A DNA stretch of 64,000 nucleotides, taken from assembly GCA_951406725.2 (NCBI GenBank), contig OX597818.1:54746001-54810000 (forward strand), given 5' to 3'. Positions within the stretch are counted from its first letter, which is position 1; the number at the start of each line of letters is the position of its first letter. This document shows, in pieces, positions 27,613 through 41,453 of this stretch. A program made the position numbers and the translations under genes. This DNA comes from Octopus vulgaris. Taxonomy: Eukaryota. The notes under the pieces are model-generated. The model was not told the DNA's origin. It worked only from the letters and a program-made list of their open reading frames with translations, and did not search any database.

Positions 27613-27649
<37 letters not shown>

Positions 27650-27843
27650 AAGATAAATAGATAGATACATGTTTACATATGTATATGTATATATATATAG
27701 GCTTACATACATACATACGTACATACATACATACATACATACGTACGTACATACATACATACATACATACATACATACATACATACATACATACGTACGT
27801 ACGTACGTACATACATACATACATACATACATACATACATACA

Positions 27844-27874
<31 letters not shown>

Positions 27875-27876
27875 CT

Positions 27877-29000
27877 ATACAGGGAACGGTGTTCGTGTTA
27901 AATTTGACTGTTTGAATGAAAGTAAAAGAAAATAACATCTCATGCAAAAATAAAAGTATTTTAAAAAATCAAGAAATATCGACTGGATTATGGCTGGTTT
28001 ACTCCAAGGAAGTACCCGCCCTCAACTTCCACCTCGACCTCAAGACTACCATGGAATCTAGCGCATGCGTTCCGCGCCTGGGAAGATCTTCGAACACCTC
28101 CTTGATTGGCCACCTGCTCGGCTCCGGTGTTGAAGGCAGAGCGGCTGGTATCTTTCTCGACCATGCCCAACACATAGTAACCATGAGATTACAATCGGCG
28201 GGATTAGGACGCCAGAGATTGGGCGTATGAAATGAAGAAATTCTCGACAACCACTCCTGGCTCTTCCGGAGGTATGGTAAGAAGCCGAATCCGGCTGGTA
28301 GTAACGTTAGCATGCCGGGCGAAATGCTTAGTGGTATTTCGTCTGCCGTTACGTTGTGTATTCAAATTTCGCCGAGGTCGACTTTGCATTTCATCCTTTC
28401 GGGGTCGATTAAATAAGTACCAGTTACGCACTGGGGTCGATGTAATCAACTTAATCCGTTTGTCTGTCCTTGTTTGTCCTCTCTGTGTTTATCCTCTTGT
28501 GGGTAGTAAAGAAATAGATATTTCGTCTGTGTTTTCGTTCTGAGTTCAAATTCCGCCGAGGTCGACTTTGCCTTTCATCCTTTCGGGGTCGATTAAATAA
28601 GTACCAGTTACGCACTGGGGTCGATGTAATCAACTTAATCCATTTATAGTTCAAATTCCGCCGAGGTCGACTTTGCCTTTCATCCTTTCGGCGTCGATAA
28701 ATTAAGTGCCAGTTACGGACTGGGGTCGATGTAATCGACTTAATCCCTTTGTCTGTCCTTGTTTGTCCCCTCTGTGTTTAGCCCCTTGTGGGCAATAAAG
28801 AAATAAGAAGCCGAATCCTACTGCCACATTCATGTCCTTCCAACAGCAATCCTCTCAGCCAGAGATTGACCACAGTCTTCATTAGCGTTACATATCCATC
28901 TGATTTGAGCTTAAGCCCCTGTTCATCAGTTGTTCGATGAACTCCAGCGCGCAGATACAGCCAAAACGCTTTCTCTGTCCTTTCTGCTCGACATGAATCC
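27877..29000 (-). mobile_element. Decayed maT-type transposon interrupted by SINE-M trimer
   Basis: WQ*DSASYHTS, SQEWLS, TPNLWRPNPADCNLM, GMVEKDT, NACARF..EGGYF; TACAGGG near 27876. Confidence 0.8.
28293..28803 (+). mobile_element. SINE-M trimer
   Basis: Three core units; single TSD TAAGAAGCCGAATCC (28278-28292, 28804-28818). Confidence 0.9.
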
Positions 29001-29501
29001 GCAGGCTCCGTAGCAGCTGTCCATGTCCCGTCTTACAGTCTTTACAGTTTTTACAGAGCATTGAGCGGCACTTTGATGCCAGGCGTGAATTATCATGATA
29101 CAGGTAACTCTTTTCCAATGGTTTCCATTCTTCCATGTCAGCTAACTTTTTTCTTTAATCTTTACGTTCCCCAACGCCGTTGACTGTTTACCAATACAAC
29201 GAGGCGTTCCTGAGGAAATACATCGTGAGAGGAAGTAGGGATTTAGGAAATCCGGGCTGATACCTAAGTCAGCACTTCATGCGAAATCTTGACTGAAAGA
29301 ATGCATCAGGATGAGAATTAGAAGGCGTTCTATAAAAACTGTAAATCCAAGAAAATTTACCAATTAGCCGTTGGCATATACATGACATAGTATAGTAATA
29401 AACGATAAGGGAAATGGAAATGATGATATTACATAATGAACATATGCGGTACCATCATCTTTAATCCTTCATTTGTTCAGTATATTTATATATATATATA
29501 A

Positions 29502-29614
<113 letters not shown>

Positions 29615-29696
29615 TACATATATATATATACATACATATATACATACATACATACATACATACATACATACATACACACATACATAAATATATACT

Positions 29697-29850
29697 TTCT
29701 TTTACTCTTTTACTCTTTTACTCTTTTACTTGTTTTAGTCATTTGATTGCGGCCATGCTGGAACACCGCCTTTAATCGAGCAACTCGACCCCGGGACTTA
29801 TTCTTTGTAAGCTCAGTACTTATTCTATCGGTCTCTTTTGCCGAACCGCT
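29697..29850 (-). mobile_element. SINE-B 3' fragment
   Basis: Family tail with (TAAAAGAG)n. Confidence 0.85.
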
Positions 29851-29907
29851 AATATATATATAAAATCAATAAGTGGTGGGGTTGTGTTGACCGCACGTGG
29901 AGAAATG

Positions 29908-30386
29908 ATAGGAGGGGGAAAATTATAAAAAGGCAGAATGCTAAATTGAAGGTAAGTTTTAATAAAAATGGGTATATGGAAAATTTTAAAAATAATAACT
30001 CTAAATGGTTTTCATCGCAAACCAAATTTTCAGGTTTGAAAGGCGAAAAGAACTTTTTTTATAAATTGAGGAAGGGGAAAATAGAAATTTACAATGATTT
30101 TTCAAAAAAATAATAATAAACATTTACAAAAATTAAAAAATTGGTATACTTATTTTTTAATTTTTGTAAATGTTTATTATTATTTTTTTGAAAAATCATT
30201 GTAAATTTCTATTTTCCCCTTCCTCAATTTATAAAAAAAATTCTTTTCGCCTTTCAAATCTTGAAAATTTGCTTTGCGATGAAAACCGGTTAGAGTTATT
30301 ATTTTTAAAATTTTCCATATACCCATTTTTATTAAAATTTACCTTCAATTTAGCATTCTGCCTTTTTATAATTTTTCCTCTCCTAT
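29908..30386. repeat. Long near-perfect palindrome (~234-bp arms)
   Basis: Arms 29908-30141/30152-30386 centred near GTATAC. Confidence 0.95.
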
Positions 30387-30710
30387 ATATATAGTCAATT
30401 GTACGGCACCAAAATATACAGCTTTGCAGAGCTAAACAATTTGTTAACATGTCTTTATAGAGAGAACCCAAAATTCTAGATTGGCAGCCTTAGTTTGGAG
30501 TATTGGAAAAAAAAAACTATGTAAGAGCATCTCTGGAAACAGAATCAAAGAATTAGGTCTGATTTGCAATCCCCGTTTAACCCATTCGTACCGAAAGTCT
30601 TTTAGTCAATGAAATTACCTGAAAATTCACAGATACCATTATTTTGACCTAAATAACAACTGAAAGATATTTCATTGAAATATATATATATATTCATATA
30701 TATATATATA

Positions 30711-30764
<54 letters not shown>

Positions 30765-31148
30765 TATATATATATGCATATATATATATATATGCATATA
30801 TATATATGCATATATATGTATATGCATATATATATATATAAATATATATATATGCATATACATATATATGCATATATGCATATATATATATGCATATATA
30901 TGTATATGCATATATATATGCATATATATGTATATATATATATATTATATATATGCATATATATATGCACATATATATGCATGCCCCAGCATAGCTGCGG
31001 CCTTCGGGCTAAAACATTTTTAAGGATTTAAGGATTTATATAAGCTTATATAAACTTAGATATGTTTCGACCAAAGATTGGTCCAGGCCATGTCTAACTT
31101 AATAACATCACTTGACAGGATTATCTAAATCCTTTTTAGGTCAAGTTT

Positions 31149-31181
<33 letters not shown>

Positions 31182-31196
31182 TATATATATGTATGT

Positions 31197-31251
<55 letters not shown>

Positions 31252-31363
31252 CCTGCTCTCTTACCCAAGCGGGGTTGCGTAATTCAATGGCTAAAACAAT
31301 GCAAACGCATTGTGACCAGCGATGTGTAACTACATCTGATGGTCTGGTCGGTCACGTGATCAC

Positions 31364-31404
<41 letters not shown>

Positions 31405-31405
31405 A

Positions 31406-32248
31406 GAGGGTGCGATAGGTAAGTTGCCCCCATTTTATAGTTTTCGTTTCGTGCATGCGCATCTTCATTTTTGATTTTGTGGACTACACAGTATAGTAGG
31501 GTCAGTTGGGCACCGTCTGTGAGAAAAAACAGCACCATGACACATCACTCTGCCAGAAATTTGGAAACGACATGCTGTACTACTTGGCATTCGCACCGGA
31601 AGCTACAATACAAACATTTCAGAGTGTTTGGGTGTCAATCTGAAGACAGTGCAATCTGAGGACATATACCGAAAGTGATAAAAATGAAACATCCATCCAC
31701 TAGTGTTTGGAATGATCACTAGTGATGGCGACGTTATGCCCCACCCATCTTTCCACACTGCCTGAGACTCAACAGTAGTGCTTCATGGGTGGGTCAAGAG
31801 GGTAGCTGTTGGAAGACCCTGTGTCTGGCAACAGGACTCTGCACCATGTCACAGAAGAAGGAGAACGCAGTCATGGATGTCAGATAATTTTTGTAACCAC
31901 ATCACCTCTAACATCTGGCCACCTAACTTCCCAGACTGCAACTTGCTTGATTATTATGTGTGGGGTGCAGTTGAGCAAGACACCAACAAAACTTCTTGTA
32001 ATACCAAAGATGAACTGAAGGCAAGGATTATGGCAGCATTCACCAACTTACACAAGGAGACCGTCGAGAAGAGTTGCAGAAGTTTCCGAAATCGTCTGGA
32101 GGCCGTGGTTGAAGCCAATGGCGATTTTATTGAATAAATTTACTCTTTAGTATTTCAAGATATTTTTTTGTAATTTTGGTGAATATATCTGTTAAAATGA
32201 GATGTTATTTTCATTTTTGCGTAATTTAGACGACAATTATTCGCCGCA

Positions 32249-32250
<2 letters not shown>
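31406..32250 (+). mobile_element. Internally deleted DD37D (maT) transposon
   Basis: TA-GAGGGTG end; ORF 31778-32137 WQQDSAPCH..WPPNFPDCNLLDYYVWG with 37 residues between the 2nd and 3rd Asp. Confidence 0.9.
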
Positions 32251-32304
<54 letters not shown>

Positions 32305-32645
32305 GCGTCTGTGTGTATGTGTGTGTGTACATATACACATATATATACACACATATACACAGATATAGATAGATAGATAAATGCATATATACGTTCGTAC
32401 ATACATGCATATACATATATGTATATATGTGAGTGTAAAGGTGTGTATGTGTGCTCGTGTCTGAGTTTATGGTTACATATTTCTGTGAAAACTGTTGTTG
32501 GCTTTAAACTGAGTCCGTATATATCTCGTAACTTAGCCGTTCGCCAAACAGATAACGATAAACTACGTAGCAGGTTGCAATAACTATCGGGGTCGCTATC
32601 ATTGCTATTCATTTACTGAAACTAGTAAAATAGCAACAGAATACA

Positions 32646-33040
32646 TCTTTATATATAAAAGTGAGGTTGTGTGCTGTCTGTCTCCTACGATTTAGATTCC
32701 TAACTACTCCCACATTTTGCGGTGCAGTTTAACCAAAACCGGGTATCTTATAGTCGTGATTCATATCGAGCCCTTCTGGGTATTAGCGCGCGTCTACGAT
32801 GAGTCTACGATTTAAAAAAAAATCACCATCAATTTTTCCCATTTTTAATGCATTTTTGGCATATATAAGGGAAGTAACTCCCTAAAAATTTATTATTAAA
32901 TCTCAGAACGTAAAAAGCTACAGTAACACCCCACCTTTGTGGTTAACCATATTGAGATGGCTATTATACTTTACATCTCTATAAATGCTTATATAGTTAT
33001 TTCCCTTACAAACCCGAGCAACGCCGGGCGATACTGCTAG
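32646..33040 (+). mobile_element. Non-autonomous Helitron
   Basis: A|TC..hairpin..CTAG|T; same family as 21554. Confidence 0.9.
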
Positions 33041-33633
33041 TAATAAATAAACCAACAGTTAGAAATATTCGTTTCATGTCTGTCTCCTTTTTTCTTTTAT
33101 ATTTTTCTTTTTCTTTTCTTTTTTTTTTAATATTTATCTGCGTTTCTTTCTATCGACATGTATATCAGCATTTGAATTTTACATGTGGTACCTAATCTGA
33201 ATTTTTTTAAAGTCGGTAGGGGGCTGGTGGGGCTGCTTCTCTTTGTTTTTTTGTTTTTTTGCTGAAGGCTTACCAAAACAATACGTAACGACTAATCTGT
33301 AGTTTGTGCCAAAAAACAACAACAATACACTAATGAAACAATTATACAAGAATAAAATAAAATAAAATAAAATAAAATAAAATAAAACAACGAAAGATTA
33401 CAAACGCAAAAGAATCCCCTCGATCAAGGATTAGTACTCATATCAGCATCCGTTTGCCCTTTTATTAAAATATCTATTTTCCACCGAAAAACTCTTCTCT
33501 TACGGGTTTCCTGTACGTATGTATATTCGTACGTACGAACGCACGCACGCACGTACGTACGTACCTACGTACGTATATATGTACGTTTGTATATATATAT
33601 GCATGTATGTATGCATGTATATATGTATGTTTG

Positions 33634-33664
<31 letters not shown>

Positions 33665-34633
33665 GTATGTATATCACAGTCTGCAGGCAGACCAGTGTCT
33701 GAGTTTCCCTTAATGACCATAGAATATGCAAAATGTAACGTTTAGTTGTTATTTTTTATCCCAAAAGCTGGGATCCAAAGTCGATGGATATTCACACGCT
33801 CTGCAAAAGTGTTTAAAGAGACTATATTATTTGGCTAGTTTGAATTAAGAAGTACCCTCTCTCCTTCTCTCCTTCTCTCTCTCACTCTTTCAATTTCTCC
33901 CCCTCTCTCTCTCTATTCCACACGAGTCTCTCTATTTTTCTTTCAGTTCCACATGTCTCTCTCTCTCTCTATATATATTTTTCTCTCTATTTCACTCTCG
34001 GTGTTTTTTTCCCCTTCTCTTTCTACTCCAAATTATCCATATTACTATTTATAATCAATTTGCGATAAAATAAAAAAAAAAAAAATAAATAAACCAGCAA
34101 CCATACAAAATACCTACAAAAGGAAAATAAAAACACCAATATTATTTTATGTTAACAGACTTTTTTTTACATATATATATATGTATTACATTATCATAGT
34201 CTGTTGCATTTAGCTTTACGACTTCAACCAAATAGCTTTTTATATTACTTGCAAGCTTCTATCATTTCTTTGCGACCATTTGGCTATTATAATGACAAAT
34301 GACAGATTCTTCGTCATCAAAGATAATGGCAAGCTGGACATTTTCTAATTTTTGCTTTCCTGCCTTTGTTATATCTGTTTATTAAGGAGATCAATTTGCA
34401 CGAAGCTCTCTTTAAACTAAAGGTCAACTTACAATAGTTTAATTCACAAAACTAAGCGAGCAGCGAACAACGTAAATGGGAAATGTGACATCAAAGTTGC
34501 CCTGATCCAAATCGAGTTAAAATCTCAAGGATAATTCTGCAGTCTTTGACGAAATCGTTATTATTTTGTGCCCTTATCTTTTTCCCTCCCCGTCTCTCTC
34601 ACCCCTTATCTCCATCTCTTTTGCTATCCGTTC

Positions 34634-35093
<460 letters not shown>

Positions 35094-35384
35094 CCCTGTG
35101 TTTGTACGTGTATGAATACGTACATACATACATATATGCATATATATATACTTGTATGCAATTTCTGTATATTTTCCCCGCTTTTTCGTTCCTCTGTTAA
35201 TCTTTTTTCTTTCTTCTCTTCCCTGAAATAACTTACACCCTGTTTCTCTTTGAAACACTCTCTCTTTCTCTCTGCTTTTCCTCTCACACCATCTTGCTTC
35301 TGTCAATCTGCATACATACATACATACATACATACATACATACATACATACATACATACATGCATGCATACATACATACATACA

Positions 35385-35434
<50 letters not shown>

Positions 35435-35723
35435 ATCTCCAGTTTTCTATTTCTGTTTATTTCACCCTCTCCCTTTCTCTCCCTTTTCCTCCTTCTCCTT
35501 CTTCCTCTTCCCTCTCACTCAGCCTCTCCCTACCTCCTCCCTCTCGTCCTCCATTATTTTCTGTCATATTTATCGCGGTATATGTATCCACGTGTTTCTG
35601 CGTATGTGTATATCTGTGTGTTTATGTGTGCATGTGTTTATGATTGAACATACATACGTGCTTGTGTGTAAGCGTGCGCGCGCATGTGTGTGTGAGTGAG
35701 AGAGAGAGAGAGAGAGAAAGAAG

Positions 35724-35755
<32 letters not shown>

Positions 35756-36105
35756 GACTAAGAAAAAGACTAATTGTGTCTTTGTGTAGGTATTCGTATT
35801 CATAAGCATATTTTTTTTTTATTCGGGCAACTCACAATAATTATGCCACCCACGCGAAAATGCTGGTGTAGATTGGGGTCCCACCCTATCAAAGCACACT
35901 TTTTCTACAAAAGCACCCCTTCCTCCTTCCCCAACGCCAACAGCGAAGGTTACTGAGGATTATACAGAACCGGAAATCCAAAAGGGCTTGCAAAGTAGCT
36001 GAATATTTAAGTCAATCTTTTATTCAATTTAATCTACCGTGAACTTAAAAGATACAGTCTGTCTCGCAAAACAGGAAAGGTTACACTTATATCCAGAGTA
36101 CCACA

Positions 36106-36190
<85 letters not shown>

Positions 36191-36545
36191 ATTATTATAA
36201 TTGTTATTGCCATTTTTTTCAGCAGTCTCAAGTAAATATCTACAGTACCAGCAGGTGCAGCTCCGTTTGACAAGGGGTTTACGCTGTATTGTCTTTTCAA
36301 AATATAGAAGCGTGTTTGTATGTTATAAAGGTCTGGTTTGTTTCTGATGTTGGCTTTTTTTAAACTGCTTCCTCTGCTTGCTCTGTAGAACATATATTGA
36401 GTACGTTCTGTTATTTTGCACGATGGTAATTGCACAGACAATGAGTGAGTTACGTTGTGTACTAACTGCGTCGGGTGGCGATTGTGCAGAGTACGTACCG
36501 CGTAGGCTTGTGTTCTTATAAATTACGTTAAAATAAAAAGATAAA

Positions 36546-36794
36546 TGCGCCCTTTTAAAGCCTAGCCCGGCTCATGGGCCCGGTTTCCCGGCTTCTATGG
36601 CGTATGTGTTCCCCAGCTGGACGGGACGCCAGTGAATCGCAGCGTTACTCATTTTTGCCAGCTGAGTGGACTGGAGCAACGTGAAATGAAAGTGTTTTGC
36701 TCAAGAACACAAAGCGTCGCCCGGACCAGGAATCGAAACCACAATCTTACGATCATGATGCTGACACCCTAACCACTAAGCCACGAGCCTCCAC
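36546..36794 (-). mobile_element. tRNA-derived SINE with CORE-like and V-like blocks
   Basis: Boxes A/B; GTGTTCTTGAGCAAAACAC..; CTGCGAT..CTGGCGTCCCGTCCAG. Confidence 0.85.
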
Positions 36795-36949
36795 ATATGT
36801 TATGTTACTGGATGGTGATTGAGAAGAACATCAGACCTATATTGAGAGTGATGGTGTAGAGTATGCACTGCGTGGTGCTGTTATACCGACACCAGTCGGT
36901 AGGGTGCGGTACATTTACAACAACCATGGACGCTTTTATCAAACCCATT

Positions 36950-37353
36950 ACCTTACTACCCACAAGGGGCTAAACTGAGAGAGGACAAACAAGGACAGAT
37001 AAACGGATTAAGTCGATTATATCGACCCCAGTGCGTAACTGGTACTTATTTAACCGACCCCGAAAGGATGAAAAGCAAAGTTGACCTCGGCAGAATTTGA
37101 ACTCAGAACGTAGCGGTAGACGAAATACTTATTTCTTTACTACCCACAAGGGGCTAAACACAAAGGGGACAAACAAGGACAGACAAACGGATTAAGTCGG
37201 TTACATTGACTCCCAGTGCGTAACTGGTATTTAATTTATCGACCCCGAAAGGATGAAAAGCAAAGTCGACCTCGGCGGAATTTGAACTCAGAATGTAACG
37301 GCAGACGGAATACCGCTAAGCATATCGCCCGGCGTGCTGACGATTCTACCAGC
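36950..37353 (-). mobile_element. SINE-M dimer
   Basis: Junction GAAATAAGTATTTC at ~37130. Confidence 0.9.
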
Positions 37354-37626
37354 ATGGAACAGCAGCTAATTGATCCATTCAGCTATAGCATTTATGACCA
37401 TTGACTTCATACTCGTGGTATATAGTATCATTGGTGCTTTTACTTAAACTGTAGTATTTAAAGTCATTCATGGTTTCATTTAACCACAATATTTACTATA
37501 GTTACTAATTTCGTTCACCCCCTCGCCTTTATAGTCATCAGTTCTTTCATTCAGCTGTTGTATTTAGAACCAATACTGTTTATTGCTATGTAAGGTTTTC
37601 AAATTCTGCCACACGACCAGCGTAGT

Positions 37627-37930
37627 GGAGGCACATGGCCTAGTGGTTAGAGCAGCGAACTCGAGGTCGAGGGATCGCGGGTTCGAATCTCAGACCGGCC
37701 GATGTGTGTGTGTTTATGAGCGAAACACCTAATCTTCACGCGGCTCCGGTAGAGAGTTAATGGCGAACTTCTACTGACTCTTTCGCCACAACTTTTTCTC
37801 ACTCTTTCCTCCTGCATCTTGCAGCTCACTTGCGACGGACCGGCATCCCTTCCAAGTTGGGAACCTATATGCCAAGGAAACAGGGCAACCGGCCCTTATG
37901 AGCCAGGCATGGCTCGAAAAGGAACAAACG
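37627..37930 (+). mobile_element. SINE-A-like head with V-like tail
   Basis: TGGCCTAGTGG/GTTCGAATC boxes; TGCGACGGACCGGCATCCCTTCCA. Confidence 0.8.
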
Positions 37931-38305
37931 AACGAACGAACACGGCCAGCATAATTTTGGTGGGTGAGTGGGGGAATCGTTTACATAGATCCTAGCATGT
38001 TCAACTGGTACTAATTTTATCGGCTCTGGAAGGCTGGAATGTAAAGACGAACGAAATGCTGCCAAGCGGTTCGTCCGGCGTGCTAACAATTCTTATCATC
38101 TCGCCACCTTGGGTATTTCTTTATAATAATTCTTTCTACTAAATGCATGAGACTTGAAATTTACCAGTGCGTAACCGGTATTTATTTCGTCGACCCCCCC
38201 CCCCCGAAAGGGTAAAAGGCAATGACGACCTGGGAGGAATTTGAACTCAGATCGTAAAGACGAACGAAATGCCACCAAGCATTTTGTCCGGCGTGCTAAC
38301 GATTC

Positions 38306-38387
38306 TGTCATATGGCGTAGTGTTTAAGAGTGCGGGCTAATAACCCCAAGATTCCAACTTCGATTCCGGGCAGTGACCATAATAATG

Positions 38388-38456
<69 letters not shown>

Positions 38457-38634
38457 TCGAAAAATACCTTAGGAATGAGAACCCAGGTTCGAAATTTCCC
38501 CAAGACACCTGATGAAGGCTGGAGGGTATATCAGCCGAAACGTTGTGTTAACAACAAAAGATGAGGACAAATATCCGTCGAATGTAAATAATGTAAATAA
38601 TGTACGTAATTCCTCATCTCTTAAATATGGAACT
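38306..38634 (+). mobile_element. tRNA-headed SINE with (AAT)n linker and hammerhead-bearing tail
   Basis: Box A-like TGGCGTAGTG, anticodon arm GGG-CTAATAA-CCC, box B-like TTCGATTCC, (AAT)n, hammerhead 38504-38549; tail repeated at 11165-11343. Confidence 0.8.
38504..38549 (+). ncRNA. Minimal type I hammerhead ribozyme, canonical core
   Basis: gacac-CTGATGA-a-ggctg(gagggtatat)cagcc-GAAA-cg-TT-gtgtt; palindrome AACGTT. Confidence 0.8.
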
Positions 38635-39423
38635 GAAGTGATATAAAACGTTGGCTGGTTAACTTTTCAGTCAGCTTTACGTCCCAGAGAGAGTATTTGT
38701 TTTATTGACCCCACAAGGACGAAAAGCAGAGTCGACTAAGGCTGTATTCGAACTCCAAACGTAAAGACTCGGAAAAAATGCTGCGAAGCGTTTCGTCCGG
38801 TGCAATTACGATTCTGCCCCTGCCCCCGGCTTTTTTATATAGTAAATTTTGGTGCAAGACCAGCAAATTTTAGGAGAAGGGCAAGTCGAGTTCTTCGGCC
38901 CTAGAACTTGACTGGTATTTATTTTAAGGAACGCGAACGGATGAAAGGCAAAATCGACCACGGTTGTATTTGAACTCCATACGTTAAGTCGGAGGAAATG
39001 ATGCGAAGCAATTCGTCCGGCGTGATTACGATTCTGCCAGCTCGCCGCCCTTTATCCGTATATATAGCAAATAATGAAAACGGAGAGCTTCTTACAATGC
39101 GAAAAGGGTAAGTTAAGTCACCTTAAGATATTTCAAACACAAAGATCCATCATCAGGAGTTAAGAGATACAAAAGAGTTAAGTACAAAAAAGGGTTAAGA
39201 AATACAAAAACTTCTTAGAAGTTCTCTGTCTTCATTATTTATTACTTTATTTTTGGAGCAGACCGTTTCAAGCAAACAACAACGCCCTCCTACCATTCTG
39301 CTTAAAAATTGGAACTGCAGATACAATATCCCTGCATATCCCACGTCTGTTTTCTTTCCTCCACTTCACTCTCTATTTCATGTCTTCTCTCGAATAACTT
39401 TTGCTTAACCATTTTCTCGCACC

Positions 39424-39470
39424 GTCTGCGATGAAGAGATATATAAAATATCCCGGAAACAGCTGTAAGA
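39424..39470 (+). ncRNA. Degenerate hammerhead in PLE-like 3' end (~39100-39535)
   Basis: tct-GCGATGA-agagatat(ataaa)atatcccg-GAAA-cagctg-TA-aga; palindrome ACAGCTGT. Confidence 0.55.
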
Positions 39471-39543
39471 ACTTCTGTTTATAAATGTTCTGAAATCATT
39501 CACAGTCTTGGATTTTTATCTCATTCTGTTAATTTTATACACA

Positions 39544-39574
<31 letters not shown>

Positions 39575-39613
39575 GCGCACACACACACACACAAATACAC
39601 AATAATAATAATA

Positions 39614-39648
<35 letters not shown>

Positions 39649-39690
39649 GATACATGATATATATACATAATAAATGATAAATGATACATA

Positions 39691-39752
<62 letters not shown>

Positions 39753-39777
39753 GTATGTTTGTATATGTATACATACA

Positions 39778-40190
39778 GGCGCAGGAGTGGCTGTGTGGTA
39801 AGTAGCTTGCTAACCAACCACATGGTTCCGGGTTCAGTCCCACTGCGTGATATCTTGGGCAAGTGTCTTCTGCTATAGCCCCGGGCCGACCAATGCCTTG
39901 TGAGTGGATTTGGTAGACGGAAACTGAAAGAAGCCTGTCGTATATATGTATATATATATATGTGTGTGTGTGTGTTTGTGTGTCTGTGTTTGTTCCCCTA
40001 GCATTGCTTGACAACCGATGCTGGTGTGTTTACGTACCCGTCACTTAGCGGTTCGGCAAAAGAGACCGATAGAATAAGTACTGGGTACAAAAAGAATAAG
40101 TCCCGGGGTCGAGTTGCTCGACTAAAGGCGGTGCTCCAGCATGGCCGCAGTCAAATGACTGAAACAAGTAAAAGAGTAAAAGAGTAAAGA
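39778..40190 (+). mobile_element. Full-length SINE-B
   Basis: Complete head, internal microsatellite and (TAAAAGAG)n tail. Confidence 0.9.
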
Positions 40191-40246
40191 CTGAATACAA
40201 GTAAATAGATATAAAAGAGTAAAGAGTATATATATATATGCATACG

Positions 40247-40630
40247 TGGGTACAGGACGTCACCAACAGTAAACAACATGAAGTACGAAAACAGATGAGT
40301 TCAATAAGTAAACAACGAGAGAGAAAATGGAAAACAGGACAATTAAACACAGAGAAAGGACCCTTCATCAGTTGTCGGCTATCTATCTACTCCTCATTTC
40401 GAGCATTCAACAACAATGTGATTCTCCAAAGACAGTTGGTCCCATAAATTCTAAAATAAAATTTAGAATTTATGGAGGGTCAACGTTGGGAACAAAAAAG
40501 GCATGACATTGGAGATATACAAGGAAACCGAACGAAAACAAATATGGAGGATCGTGAGACCTGAACGACAGGAAAAGAGTAAACGCTGGAAAAAACGTTT
40601 TTTAAACCTCTCGTTCTGGTCTAACAATTC
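40247..40630 (-). mobile_element. PLE-like end fragment (family of 763-935)
   Basis: GGGTACAGGAC..CCCTTCATCAGTTGTC..ATCTACTCC. Confidence 0.6.
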
Positions 40631-40638
40631 TCACTGTT

Positions 40639-40715
<77 letters not shown>

Positions 40716-40732
40716 GTATATGTATATATACA

Positions 40733-41135
40733 GGCGCAGGAGTGGCTGTGTGGTAAGTAGCTTGCTAACCAACCACATGGTTCCGGGTTCAGTCCCACTG
40801 CGTGGAATCTTGGGCAAGTGTCTTCTGCTATAGCCTTGGGCCGACCAATGCATTGTGAGTGGATTTGGTAGACGGAAACTGAAAGAAGCCTGTCGTATAT
40901 ATGTATACGTATGTATGTGTGTGTGTGTGTGTGTTTGTGTGTCTGTGTTTGTCCCCCTAGCATTGCTTGACAACCGATGCTGGTGTGTTTACGTCCCCGT
41001 CGCTTAGCGGTTCGGCATAAGTGACCGATAGAATAAGTACTGGGCTTACAAAGAATAAGTTCCGGGGTCGATTTGCTCGACTAAAAGCGGTGCTCCAGCA
41101 TGGCCGCAGTCAAATGGCTGAAACAAGTAAAAAGA
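40733..41135 (+). mobile_element. Full-length SINE-B
   Basis: Near-identical to 39778 copy including 5' flank. Confidence 0.9.
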
Positions 41136-41453
41136 AAAAAAATGTATGTATGTATATATATATATATATATATATGTTGTGTGTGTGTGTGTGTGTCCAT
41201 GCAATGTATCCATGCATTGTATATGTATGTATATCCATATATACGCAAACACACATACAGAGATAGCCATAAGTCTCTTTACCCATTTCTTTATTATTAT
41301 TAGAAATAGGTAAAGCTACTTATGGCTATCGCTGTATACACACACATGTATGTATGTATGTATGTATGTATGTATGTATGTATATGTATGTATGTATGTA
41401 TATATATATATTATATGCATAAGAGATCAAGGTGTACGTTACGCCGCAATAAT

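Larger units (their letters stand above)
37950..39050 (-). mobile_element. Cluster of four old SINE-M copies surrounding the hammerhead-SINE
   Basis: Repeated GAACTC..CGTAAAGAC..GAAATG..AAGC..GTCCGGCGTG..ACGATTCTG. Confidence 0.7.

Noticed and set aside
36034-36441. 135-aa ORF or exon after TTTTTTTCAG
   Set aside because: Extended by (ATT)n, no recognisable domain, no clear donor
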